A stretch of 64,000 nt of DNA. Origin: Dipteris shenzhenensis (taxonomy: Eukaryota). The position numbers were made by a program, and so were the translations under genes. Where the stretch lies: NCBI GenBank assembly GCA_047967505.1, contig CM106538.1. One strand, written 5' to 3'. Under the pieces are notes generated by a model, which did not search any database, was not told the origin of the DNA, and saw only the letters and a list, made by a program, of their open reading frames with translations. Shown piece after piece: positions 51,793 through 64,000 of this stretch. Positions within the stretch are counted from its first letter, which is position 1, and each line of letters opens with the position of its first letter.

Positions 51793-53613
51793 GCAGCAAA
51801 TTAAAGAGCGTTTCAACATCTTGTCGTGCCACTCGCCTCCGTCTGCTTATTTTGATCCCCCACCTCCCAAACCCATTATTATCTACCGCCATTACTTATC
51901 TCCCTTACCTTCGTTTGTGAACTCCTCACCTCTTTTGGACTCCACCAACCAAGACACTACTCAGCCAATGTTTTATTTGAACAATTGTAACTAGACTGTC
52001 TATTTGCATTCATATACCTCGAGCTCTGTAGCAAAAAACATGCACACAGGTATATAGAACACCTGGATACACATTTCCTCTGCTAACGTTTTTTCAGTAG
52101 TGCGTTTGAGTTTAGAATTCCTTGTGCTTATAGCACGCAAGGTCGAAGACTGCTAGCGGACTTTCAACATTGCTCCCTTGCCAGCATGTCTATTGTTTGA
52201 ATCACTATCGGAGTCTCATCTACCTGTTCTTTTTCCTTCTGCAAGCGAATCAAGGTGGTGGTTCTCATAAATTCTCCAAAGAACCACTTCTCTTACACTT
52301 TAGTGGTAGTTCTTTCCATAAAGAGCTGCATTTGTTCTTCTAGACACGTTAGGAGCGTCACTTTTTGCTCCCTCCCTCAAAACATCATGATCCATGTAGA
52401 GTGAGAGAAAAGATGACTCATCCATAGTAAGCCTTGCAAGCCTTCGGTAAAAAGAGCAAGATGGAGAAGATATGAAAGCAGCTCTTTCTCAATGCCCAAA
52501 TCCCCTCGTGGCAAAAAATCAAACAATAAATTTACACTATGATATAAACACTACCCATTCTCATCACAGAGATAGAACTTTCATCTCCAAGCAAAAGCAC
52601 TCTTCACAACAATAGCCCATTCTCATCATGGAGACATAACTTTCCTCTCCAAGAAAATAGTATGCATGAATTGGTACACCCATCCAAAAGGCTTGAAACA
52701 CAATTGTGCACTGGATCATGGAGGGAAGTTCTCAATTGTCTGGACGGACCCAAAACATAGTTGGGTTCTCACATATATGCTTTTCTCTTGAGGTGTTGTG
52801 GCAATACAAAGGCTCCTGGGGATGGCAAGTGAACATAATTTATTTTTTGAAAATCGGCTTTTGGAAATGCATTAGGGGAGAAATGGGGTCTCAAAAGGGC
52901 CTCCAATTAGTGTTTCTTAATTTCAAGGGATTGGAGAGGGATTTGAGGTGTACCAATAAGAGTGCTAGAAGGTGTGAGGCAATGGTATGTAGAGGTGGAG
53001 GGTGAGAAGGGTTGCAAAGAGCCCCTATTGGTTGCTCCCCTTACACTAGGGACCACCCAAACCATCCCCCCTCTCTCTTAACCCATGTTTGACCCTCCTA
53101 CCAAGTGCACCTTTCCCACATGAGCCCAAATCTGCCTTCAATGAGATGATGGGTCCCTTGTGGCAAATATTTCTTCTTCTCTCCCTCTTTCTAGGGCCTC
53201 TGCTCCCCACTATTCTGGTCCAGCCTGCCAATTCCCTCCATTTTTGAATTGCCTCCCATGCATTTGTCCTCTTCTCCCTCTTTCTCTGCTCCCTCCTGCT
53301 CTGGCTTGCTTGCCGCAGTTGCTCTCTCTCTCTCTCTCTCTTCCATTTGCTGTGTACCTCCCCCCCCCGCCCCCCCTCTCTCTCTCTCCCTCTCCCTTCT
53401 CTCTCTCTCCTGTGCCTCTGTTTGTGCTGCTCTGTCCTTCTCCATCTCCCTCTTTTGTGCCTCTATTGGAGCTGCTCTGTCCCTCTCCTTCTCCCTCTCC
53501 TATGCCTCTGTTGCTGTTGCTCTGTCCCTCTCCTTCTCCCTCTTTTGTGCCTCTGTTGGAGCTGCATTGCCCTGTGTAGGAGTCCCATTCTTATTGTTGC
53601 AACGTCTGCAAGC

Positions 53614-54900
53614 ATGGTGGGGAGTAAGGCTACAAGACCATGCAATGCTGTGACCTCTTGTGTCTTCCACAACACCAGAAATGCATTGGATGAGTGGATT
53701 CCTTGCACCTACAGTGTAAATGACTGGATAGTGATGAAAGGATCGACCAAAGGTCCACATAAGCTTCCCAAGAGCAAGAGAGGTGATATCGTGTATGAGT
53801 GGAAGGGGCGCATCTTGAAGTTCAAGTTTGGGAAGAAAGGATGGCTCACAAAAGTGCAACATGTTTACATGGGAAAAGATATGCGGCTTCTTCAATCATT
53901 CAATCAATCTAGGATTCCATCACACTGTGAGCTCTTCTATCTATGTATCTTTTTCACCTGTAAGTGTAATGAGTCCATTTGGAAATTTTGTGTTTGGTTT
54001 CTAAGAGCTCTTATTCATGGTGGCAGATGTTTTCCCTTCGGACTTCGAGGAGTGGGAACCAGTTGAATCATTCATAGGTAAGTTCACTGCGATTTATGAG
54101 GATTTAGGTAAGTAAATGCATGCAGGAGAGAAGTTGGCCTCCTTGCGAATGAAGAATGTGTATACGGTATAACGCACATCACTCCAACGACATCATCAAG
54201 CTATGACCGTCTGCAAACCATTGCACCACCACAACTTCAAGACATGAATTGCAACAATGTGGACTCGAGGACATTGCAATCGTACAAGAATAAGATTGCA
54301 AAGGATGTGGACATCGCCATGAGGTTTACATTTGGATCCAAATGGGCAAGGTTATCTTGGTTTATGCCTCTACACATTTTTGCTTCTTTGTTTCAGAATA
54401 TACATATGCATAAAACAAAAACTATGTGGTCCTGCAAGCGTGTAGATGAAAATGCTCTTGAAGATTTACTTGGGATGAATTGGGGAACCAGGTCAGGCAA
54501 CCAAAAGGGTGATGTGTTTCAATGTCATGCATGTAAAGACAATGTGGTCATTAGATACCATTTGTCATGCTAGATGTTGTATTTAGTTTTTCAGTACAGG
54601 CATTGGAAGAAAACAAATGGTCGGTGGCTTCCCCTAAACTCTAATGATGAAGACAATATGGGGATAAGTTTGTCTATTGATGTTGAAGAGGGAGATGTCA
54701 AGAATGTGAATGTCACATTGCAATGGACTCTAAGGGATGTGCGAGAACACTTATTGGTCATGGTGAAGGATGGCATGTTAGAGTCCTTCTACTTTACCTT
54801 AAATGGTGGTAAGATCAGTCACTGTGTGGAGAAGTGCATGCATAGTGCCAATTTCATTCCTCATGCAACTTTGAAGATTGCTAACAATGTGTTTGACTAG
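53614..54900 (+). pseudogene. BAH-like domain, unknown central domain and C-terminal ubiquitin-like domain; intron 53927-54026
   Basis: TYSVNDWIVMK...YEWKGRILKF...WLTKVQHVY...HYVFPSDFEEWEPVESFIGKFTAI resembles the BAH consensus (Y.VGD.V...W.A.I....V.WFY...ELFLSD..D...V.SI.GKC.V). C-terminal VNVTLQWTLRDVREHL...FYFTLNGGKI looks like a beta-grasp fold. Contains stops and a frameshift. Confidence 0.6.
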
Positions 54901-55176
54901 TGCAGCATTTAATTTTTTATCCAATCCTAGTTATTGCTTCAAAAGATGATGGATTATTAAATTGGAATGTTAATTCTTTTGATGTTTTCTCCTTTCAGCG
55001 CATGATAAATGTTTTTTGAAAAAATTGGGGATTTAATGATTAGTTTTAATTTTTAGGGTTTTGATATATATAAAGGGGTAAGAGCCCTTTTTACATCACG
55101 TTCTCACTTTCATGTTTAGAGAGCCATAGAAACTCCCACCCTCAAAAGCTACTCACTCCATCAATCGCTATTTGCT

Positions 55177-56678
55177 ATGGATTCAACGAGAACTGCGTTC
55201 AATGAATTCATCTCGCGAACTGCATTTGTAGGTCGTGATGAGGAAGAGCTATTTTTAGTGTTTGATAGGACTTTAGATGTCTTGGGCACATATGTGCGAG
55301 CCAAGGATGACTTCTTAGAGCTCGTCCTCTACATGCAAGAGAATTTCAGAAATTTTGCTTTTACACTTGACCACTCTTCAAACAGATGGGTTCCCATAGA
55401 TTACATCAAGTATCTGCTCCTAGAGGAGCCCAAGATTGTAAAGCGCTTGGCCTGCTTTTGTGATAATCTTACAGAGGAAGGGTTTAGGACGGTAGAAGTA
55501 AAAGACATCCTAGAAGCGGGGATCACGGGAAATATAGGTACTAAATTCATTTCATGGGAGATGACATTCATCTTTCTTCTCCAAGAAGGAAATTTAGAGG
55601 AAGAAGCCTCATCGTCCAGCACCCCCTCTAGTAGAACTACTGATATCCTCGTCCCTAGACTAGACTCTGACATGTACATGGAAGAGAGTCTTGACCATAC
55701 AAGAGAGGAGATGGAAGCAGCTCAAGCATTGAGCCTCTTCAAGAGCCCCCAGTAGAGCAAGAATCTGCATCGGAGACCGCTGATGCAGAAGCAAAGTTAA
55801 GGTCCTTGTCCCCCCTCATCATTGATGGAGAAGAGTACATATTTCTCCAATGTGACATATAGGTTATTTTTGGACTATGAGAGGATGAGGCATTCGGAGT
55901 CCTATTTGGGTTCGATGTTGACACAAGTGTCAAAGATCCTGGGGTTTTAGGTTCCGAAGACCAGACAATGGAAGAGTTTCTCTTGAAGATGCTGGTTTCA
56001 ATGAGGGATGCAGACCCGTCCATATATGATGCACAACCCTCTCATGCAGAAGCTTCCACCTCCAAGACAAGTCAGGAGAAAGTGTCCACCTCCCAAATGG
56101 AACATCACACAGCACCTGCTTCAGGAAGGGATAGAAGTCGACGACACTATAGTGGTAAGTTCGAACAATACTTTTTATTTTGATATTATTTCAGTATAAT
56201 TTGTTTTGTCGGTCTTCTAATGTTTTTTGAAATGTTGCAGGATGTGTTAGAGCTTGATGAATTCTCATCTCGACGGGGTAATGTTCGCAATGCATTTGGG
56301 CGAGATCATTCTTTGGCCCATTACCTTGACAAAGTCGCAGAGCTCCTCGTGGTCTTTCGCAATAAATTTTCTCCTCGAGGGCCTTCAGAGCCGCTGAAGT
56401 GCAAGGCATTGTTGCACACTATCGGATACTCCAACATTACTCGAAATGCCAACAAAGAGTTTTTAGTACACCGCCTGGCTGCTATCAATGCTTTTGGATC
56501 GAACATTCACAGCAGGACATTGACGGCAACAACTATGTCTTTGGTAGCAAGAGAGGAGGATGTTAGTGCTATTGCGGCTAGGTTGATATCTAGGAGTCCA
56601 CTAGGGGATTCAAAGACCCCTATTCTCGATGTACTCAAACTAGCCAAGAAGAAAGATAGCCTATGGGGCCTTTTGTAA
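55177..56678 (+). pseudogene. Transposon cargo gene ORF2 of unknown function (spliced), copy B
   Basis: ORFs 55177-55755, 55968-56183 and 56220-56678. Intron at about 56155-56240. Upstream telo-box and TATA at about 55052-55075. Homologous to 36102-37566. Confidence 0.8.
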
Positions 56679-56916
56679 ATATAAATATATATTTCAATGG
56701 ATACATGACTTTAATAACTACATACATGTTTTTATTATTTGTTTTAAGTCATCATTGCTTGTCATGAATTCATAATATTTATTTCATTGTATTTTTTTAA
56801 AGTCGATGATATATTTTCTCCATCCTTTTAATTGTATTAATTTAATGCATTTCTAGCCAATTTAGTATGATTTTCACCAATTTTGGGTATCCAAAGTTCA
56901 ATTCTGTCAAATCTTG

Positions 56917-57117
56917 GAGGAATTTCATTGTGGCGCAAAAGGGAAAAGTGTTTGGGATGTTGCCAAGAATCTAGAATGCCTAAAATCTGACACGGGGCAA
57001 ATTTGGGCATTGGACTTGCCAGAATGCCCAAATTTGTGTTGTGGCGGGTTTTAGGCATTCTAGGCTCCTGGCGACGTCCCGGACACTTTTCCCTTCTGCG
57101 CCATAGTGAAATTCCTC
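56917..57117. repeat. About 200-nt imperfect hairpin (stem about 95 bp, 11-nt loop)
   Basis: gaggaatttcattgtggcgcaaaagggaaaagtgt...caaatttgggcatt [ggacttgccag] aatgcccaaatttg...acacttttcccttctgcgccatagtgaaattcctc. Confidence 0.9.
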
Positions 57118-58059
57118 TAGGAGTGAATGTGTGAGCCACATAGGCCACTTGTATAGATTAGATGCTATTTGATATGATTTGTGTTGTCATTACAGTGACA
57201 TCATTGTGTGCCTATTGTGTGTGTGAGAGCCTATAGAATTGGCACATATACTTGGCTTCTATATCAAGTGATATAGATCTTCGAGTGTGCTTATCATGTG
57301 TGTGCTATCAACCCCTCGTCCTCTGTGATCTTTAAAACAACAATTGATTTTAGAGCCTTGTATAGTGCAACACATCTTCTTCTCCATGTCGCCTTGTATG
57401 GCACTAGGTATTTTCTTCTTCATATGTTGTTTCCAAGGAGATTCGTTGCTTTTGTTCTTAGCTCCACAAGGCTCTTCCTTGCTTGGCAGCATTGCTTAGA
57501 TGTTTTTTAGCCACTTGCTAAGCTACTAATCTCTATGCTACAACTGTCGTTCCTCAACTTCACCATTGCACCGATGTCACACTCCTTTTTCTGTCATGAA
57601 TGTATTTCTATAGCAACTCTTTGGCTGCGGTGGTTCAGATGCTTGGCGACGTCTTTCACACAGTCTCTTACTCAGCTCATTGGTCCAAATGTTCCTTGCA
57701 AGATCATAGCAAGTTCATCAATTGAGGCTATTGTATGCTAAATCTCAGCTATTTCTTCTTTAGTATAGCACTTTCTTCTACACATTTTTGCTTGCTAGAG
57801 CTAATGGAGGTCCTTTGGTAGCCCATCCTATCAAACAAAAGTCCACAATTGTTACAACATGCTTTTGATGCTTCTTATGCTTCTATTGAGTGTCATTTCC
57901 TTTGACTTTCCTTGATGTTATTCTGAATGTGAGACAATGTAGATATGCTTGCAGTTCAACAAAACTCTTCTCTTTCTATGAAACTTTTAACTGATTTCTA
58001 CTACAATTGCTTGATTGCTACAATTGCTTGACTCCTATCTTCCAATAGAATTTTTGGAG

Positions 58060-58150
58060 AAAAGAGGTCGTTATATGGGAAATCCTTCAAGTGAGGTCCA
58101 TGGCACTTGTAGCACAACACTTGTTGATTGGCCACCATCTTGTGTGGATA
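58060..58150 (-). pseudogene. Retrotransposon gag zinc-knuckle remnant
   Basis: Minus strand VLCYKCHGPHLKD; surrounding sequence is heavily decayed. Confidence 0.35.
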
Positions 58151-60992
58151 TTCACTAGCCCTATGGGGACCTTGATATGTATAACATTGAATCAGAGGTA
58201 ATGAGTCAAGGTATCTATACCCCTAGCCCTTTGGGAGATAGGGGCCGTTCGACAAACTGGAATGTATTGACCATATGGCATAACATAATTTGTTTGACCT
58301 CACCCACTATTCATGACACCTACACTTATTTCTTGCACATACTAGCCATCGATTTTCCTCTGCACAATATCCTTTTTGAGAACACTCTCATACTAGATGA
58401 CCTCAATGTGGCCTTCCGCCACACAACCGTCCAAGCCCATCCACTCATAGTAATGGCTTCTTTTTATACAGATATAGTTTTGGATGTTGACATGGACATT
58501 CAGGCACTCTATTACCAATCCATTGTATATAATTGCATGGTGTAGACTAGAGTGCTACGCAGAAATCCATCAACTTCAATATGATTATGGCTCTTCTCCA
58601 GCATTTTAAGCCCTCCACCTTAGAGGACCTACCCTGCAATCCAAAAATTCTTCAACGCAGTCTCAAATGGATGCAACGGTGTGGTTGAAATGATGCTGAG
58701 TTCATTTTCCATCATTTGTCTAGGGCAGCAAGTGAGAGATATCCCCTATCGGCATCATTGTATTTTATAATAATATTCTACAAGCCCTTCAAAACATGAT
58801 TCAAAACTAGCATAGGCTAGGTTGATGATTCACATGTGGCCTACCCTACGGAAGTACATCTTGATGATATGGATTAAACTTGAAATATTTTTTCAACTCC
58901 CCCACAACCACTCTCCTCCTCACACCCCATCTTCACAGCAGTTGGCACAAGCCCTAGCTCCACCATCATAGGCACACACATGAGCATCGGCCCAACGACA
59001 TAGCCCTCCACCTCAAAGCATGGCACGATAGACACACCACGACATCCTCTTGATGGAGAAGGACCAAAAGAAATGGGTACCAAGCAATGGACAACATCCT
59101 TAAGCCCATGCTCTTCTCCGACGTGGAGGGCCCATATGAAGAGGAGCCTGAAGAAGAAGTAGCCCAACACCAACTAGACAATGAAGATCAGAATCCACTC
59201 CCGACCACAATACCTGTGATCAATTCATTTAGAACGGTCGAGGATGTGGCGGATATAAACAGATGGAAAGGAAAGCTGCATAGCTTTCACCTCACTTTGC
59301 AGAGACATAATGGAGGTGAGAGCTCTCACTGAGCTCATCCAAGGTAGCTTCCATAAATGGTGGTGGGAAAATGATCGGCGTACATAGGGTGGATACATTC
59401 GTCTTGATTGCAGCCAAGTACCTGAGTTGATGGCGATGCTAGTCTCCAAGCTCAGTGGAAGGTTCCATTTTTGAAACACGCAATGTTTTGGAGACCTACT
59501 ACTGGGCGGGGCTCGACCCCCACATAGATGCCACTACGTCGGTGCTAGAGTCGGCTAGAGTTTGAAGAGATGCAAGAAGCAGATCCAAATATTGTGTATA
59601 GCTTCCCTCGATTCAACTTCTCGGAAGGTGGCTCTTCCCTTGCTCTTGCTGCCTAGATGGAAGAGTTCAACACTACATTTGCATCAACCAGCAGTTGTGG
59701 AGACAATGCATTTTGTCTGACTGCTCATCATTTTGTGTGGGACCTCCCTACTCTCGACTTGCCGGTGGAAGAACATCACCAACAACTTATATTCAACTTA
59801 AATCAGGGCCCCTTATTACCTCAGGTAATGCGCTTATATGTATGTGTCTAAAATCTTCACGATCATCACATACATGCCTTCGAAGACATTTTGGAGACAC
59901 TTTTTTGGAAACCACTACATCCATTTTGCCCCATGTCCCATAGAACATTCAATCGCTACAGAATTATGAACAACTCCCTCAAGTCAGACATCATGCACGG
60001 GACACAATCCATGGATGGATTGTGAATAGGAAGGCGGGCATGTTAACTACCACGATGGTTAACAATTCATGTACTATGATGAGAACGTGAGGATGTAGGA
60101 GAGAGCATGAGGATTAGCAGGGTGAGAGGTGAAATGTTTTTGAAAGTGCACGAGGATAACAAAATTTCTAGCCGTCGTGATTTCCCCTAAACTCCATCGA
60201 TACACATCATCAAAATTGGATATACCGTTTGCCCTCAAGAAAGTGCAATGTGGTCCAAATTGCTTTAAAATACACACATGCAAAAGGGCACACTATTGGG
60301 TTTAATGCCATATATTATCAAAGGCAAGGACCTTTGGCATGCTTATGATCCATATAGCATGCAAGTGCATGGAAAAAAAACCACTATAAAATTGTAAATA
60401 GTGTTGGATTTACTAAAAGATATTTGCACATGCACAAATTGCACTTTTTCAAATTGTTCCATTCTAGGGTGAATCTAGATACCAATATCACCATTTATCA
60501 ATGTTTTAAGACCATGATACAGTAGTCCTACTAGCATAGATTCTAAAATTTGAATCTATTTTGGTTTTCAATAAATCAAGAAAAAGTTATGGAGTGTGCT
60601 TTCAAATGGGTGTGTATATTTTTAGCACAAAATTGGAGGCTTGGCCTTAAACCATACTCAAGGTTTTCATTAGGTATACCCTTGGATTGAGGAGAAGCTC
60701 ATGTAGTGTACTTTTGAAAGATTACTTGGTTGCACGTATGTGTAGAATAAAATTTTGATGTTTTTGAATAAATTGGTATATCATATACTCTTTAGGATAC
60801 ATGCTTCAAATGCAACATAGAAGTTTTAATGCTTTACCAGTCTTGTTCCAATTCTTTACTCCACATTTTTTTGGTCTCATGTTCATGATTAAAATGTTTA
60901 CTACTGCTTGAACACAAAGTTTATCGAGTTCCATTGAGCCATGATAAGTTATGCATCATGCAAGATACCTATTTAAAACAATGCCTTGGACC

Positions 60993-61500
60993 TCACCAAA
61001 AATGGCTAGACCCAAGCAAAGATTGACCCTGAAAATGAGAAATACCATGCATACTTTTAAGTAACATAGCCACCTTGTGTTTGTCATTAGGCTCACATTT
61101 TAGACTGGCTAATTGTTGAACTATTAAGCCAAATGTAGCCAAATGGTCACTCAGTTCTTGACTATCATCCATCTTTAGACCATAAAACTTGAGTTTCAAA
61201 AACATTTTGGAATTGGTGATTTTATTGTCAAAAATATCTTTAAGGTTTGCCCAAACCAGCTTGGGTGTGGATTTGACATTAATGTGACATAGGAGAGAAT
61301 CATTAAGTCCTAACCATAATAATGGTTATAGCCTTCTGATAGTGTTTAACCAATTTTGGAAGCTTCATCTTCTTCTCTAGAGAGAACCTCCCATAGGCCT
61401 TCTTGCATAAGAGTTAACTACATTTTTTATTTGCCATGTAGGGAACCTACTTCTCGTGATTTTTCTACCAAAGATACTGCCAGTTAATGAGAAGAGTGTG
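60993..61500 (-). pseudogene. Ty1/copia gag (UBN2-type) remnant
   Basis: MFLKLKFYGLKMDDSQELSDHLATFGLIVQQLASL...KVAMLLKSM. Confidence 0.7.
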
Positions 61501-61614
61501 CCATGACAATAGAATGAGCTTGTCATGTGAGCTACAACTAAGGATCTTAGATGGTTCCCAGACTTGAAAACAACCCAGTCACCCCACTTGCTGACCAGCT
61601 ATGAAAAGAAGATA

Positions 61615-64000
61615 AAGGTGTTGAGAGTTCACGCTCAACATCATGTGATCATGTGTGCATAGCACCATCACGTGATCATATGTGCATAGCACTAACCTTA
61701 TAGAGTGCTATAAAGGAAAGGGTTAGCTCCCCTAACCCTAACCCTAAAAGGGTTTGTATATATTCTATTTTTTCAACTAATTCTAGTGTACAGTTAGTCA
61801 TTTGTGGTGTGCTCTCTAGCTGTGCCCTCTCTCCTCATCTCCACTCTTCTCCTCTCCCCTCTTCATATTTTGTCATGGTATCAGAGCTCCCTTGTCTTCC
61901 GTTGAGACATTGAGATTCTTGAGAGTGTGAGAGAGATTGTGAGATTGAGAGTTCTCTTGAGTGATTGTGAGATTCTTCCATTCACTTCCGTTGAGAGAAA
62001 ATTTCTGTTCATTTTGGAAGAAATTCGGTCCACTTCCGTTCATTGAGTGTCCATTCCTTTGAAAGATTTCATTTCTTGAGAAAGAAAGTATTCCTTGTTT
62101 TGAGAGAGAGAGCCCATGAGATAGTTTCTGAGTTTATTGAGAGAAAGATATGCTCTAGCTTGATTCTAGGGAGTGTGAGGGAGAGAAGTTAGATCTGTAG
62201 CTTCTCGGCCAACAACCCTCCTTCAACGGGCTCTTCAACTACGGCCTTCTCCAGCAGCAATGCATGTAGCTCATGTAGAGAGTGCTGACTTCCAACAAAA
62301 CGTGCCCAAACGGCTGGCAGACAGTGACTTGGCGAGCTCCTGAGCCCACAGGCTTTCTACTCCAAAGCTCTTCGTCGCCAATGGGATACTCCATAGCCCC
62401 TCTATGCCTGTTTCTTTAGCCCAAATGAGGCCACACAACGAGTGACTCTGCCATCTTCGCGGTTCCCTACGCCCCCAAAGCTCACCACAGCACACGGTCG
62501 ACCTCCAATAGCTCCGTGCACCGACGACGACCGCAGCAACAAGCCCTACAACCGACCGAACGGCTTCAAGCGACCTTATGCAAGCTCTACGGCAAACGAA
62601 GTAGTTGCTAGCCGACGCGTAGTAGTTGCCTCCAGTGGACGGTCGCATTTACAGCCACAGGCTGTGTTGAGGCTCCAGCTACTAGCTCCTAGCTACAACA
62701 AGCTTACGCTCCAACGAAGCGCCATCGACCAGCAACTCGCCACCGATCGACGGCCTCTCCAAACGGGCTCCCTCCAGCGCATTGCCGCCTCGAACAAGCC
62801 TCAAAGGCGCCGCCACACGGGTTGCAGCTCTCTCTTCTGCAAAGCGTTCATTAACGGGCCGCCTCCATCGACGGAGAAGACGACGGAATCTAGAAGATTC
62901 CGTCCGAATCTTTCTAGATTCCGACTTCCCACAGCGTGACACGTGGCCCGTGCGCCACGTCAGCTAATCCTATCTACCACGTCATCTTATCTGCCACGTG
63001 TCTTATCACCTGCCACATCATCAGTGACACATCATCAGCCACGTCACTTGCCATGTCATCAGTGACACGTCATCAGGCCACATCATCTGCCACATCATCT
63101 GGCCACGTCATCTGGCCACGTCATCTGTGCCACGTCATCTGCCATGTCATCTGGCCACGTCATCTGTGCCATGTCATCTGCCACGTCATCTGGCCACGTC
63201 ATCTGTGCCATGTCATCTGCCACGTCATCTGGCCACGTCATCATTGCCATGTCATCAATGCCACGTCATCAGTGACACCTCAGCACTGCCACCTCAGCAC
63301 AGAGCTTCACTGGCACACCTCTTGCTAAGCACAGTGCCACATCATCACTACATGTGACTCACAGTGACACATCATCATTGAGCACCATTTGCACTCCTTT
63401 TGCCCCTCCACCTAGATCAAGTCATATCTCTTGATCCAGGAAGAATTTGAGGGTGCTCCAAAAAGGAAAGTCGCTCGATTTTTCGTGCTCTACGCGCTCG
63501 TTACATCACGCGCACATTTCGGCACAAGTTACACTCACATTTGAGCCTCGCCGACAAAACCACTTCCTTCACGCACATTTGCCTCTACATCGACGCATCT
63601 GACCCAGCACTTAAAAAGAATAAAAGAAAAGGAATTATTTGCTGCTCTTTCATCGATCGACGGTTGGTTTAGATCTAGATCAGAGTAGACTAGATCGCCA
63701 TAGAGGGGACGCTTTGAATTCCCCAAGTTGCCAATCTAAGCCATGCCCGAAATTCCCGACTAGTACCTACTCGGAGTCAGTCCATACGCTCACATCCGAT
63801 TTCACATCATTACATTACCTGAAACCTTACGTTCATCAGTTCAGTGAGCAGACTTCAGAGTTCAGAGGCATTGCAGATTGATTCAGTGGGCAGATAGCAC
63901 TTGATTTCACACACACATGCCACCATTGTAAAGCCTATTTGGCTATCTCACGGCATCGTGCACATCATTTTTCAGCCTTGTAAAGCCTCTTGGCTATTCC
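61615..64000 (+). mobile_element. LTR retrotransposon start: 5'-truncated LTR (61615-61875), PBS (61876-61887) and long leader
   Basis: LTR matches about 3233-3478 and is followed by tggtatcagagc. No gag is recognisable before the window ends. Confidence 0.85.
62985..63290. repeat. Array of (g)CCA(C/T)GTCATCT units in the LTR leader
   Basis: More than 15 ccacgtca/ccatgtca motifs, including a roughly 39-bp higher-order unit. Confidence 0.9.

Larger units (their letters stand above)
52870..57117 (-). mobile_element. RAG-like transposon family, copy B: the right arm in inverted orientation (end sequence, BAH-like gene, ORF2, hairpin)
   Basis: Same 34-bp end as copy A but different subterminal sequence. 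Gene order BAH-like, ORF2, hairpin mirrors the minus strand of 35733-37893. Confidence 0.75.

Noticed and set aside
49658-51819. Overlapping and antisense ORFs within the DUF2921 gene
   Set aside because: Shadow ORFs of a long coding sequence with no independent motifs.
57100-57120. Helitron 3' end (hairpin followed by CTAG)
   Set aside because: The CTAG overlaps the end of the long stem itself, the hairpin is far longer than Helitron hairpins, and no Rep/helicase is seen.
3147-61875. One giant LTR element bounded by the two related LTRs
   Set aside because: The left copy follows a PPT (3' LTR) and the right copy precedes a PBS (5' LTR), so they belong to separate insertions.

Overview
Repeat-rich plant nuclear DNA; a fern or other seed-free plant is my inference from LTR and TE style, not something I can verify. 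There are two intact host genes: a 4-exon gene for a LEA-like protein with a chloroplast transit peptide plus twin-arginine thylakoid-lumen signal (10077-11313), and an intronless DUF2921 multi-TM gene (48886-51792). They sit among nested, mostly decayed Ty1/copia, Ty3/gypsy and LINE-like remnants, plus a young non-autonomous LTR element (5611-8383, TSD GGTGA) and a full-length copia (40845-46504, TSD CTCCA). The standout is a large DNA transposon family present as two partial copies (A: 29435-37893; B: 52870-57117) that share a 34-bp end sequence. Copy A encodes an intron-containing RAG1/Transib-like DDE transposase with recognisable D/D/E catalytic and C2H2 zinc motifs. It also encodes a giant histone H3 variant with three H3 N-tail motifs (MARVKQTAR, TKQTARKST, RTKQIPR) ahead of an H3 histone fold. 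A conserved long hairpin follows, then on the opposite strand an unknown gene and a BAH-like plus ubiquitin-like gene that is seen in full in copy B. Both copies carry stops and frameshifts. A RAG-like transposon carrying its own chromatin toolkit is the candidate undescribed system. All family assignments are by eye from motifs; no database search was run.
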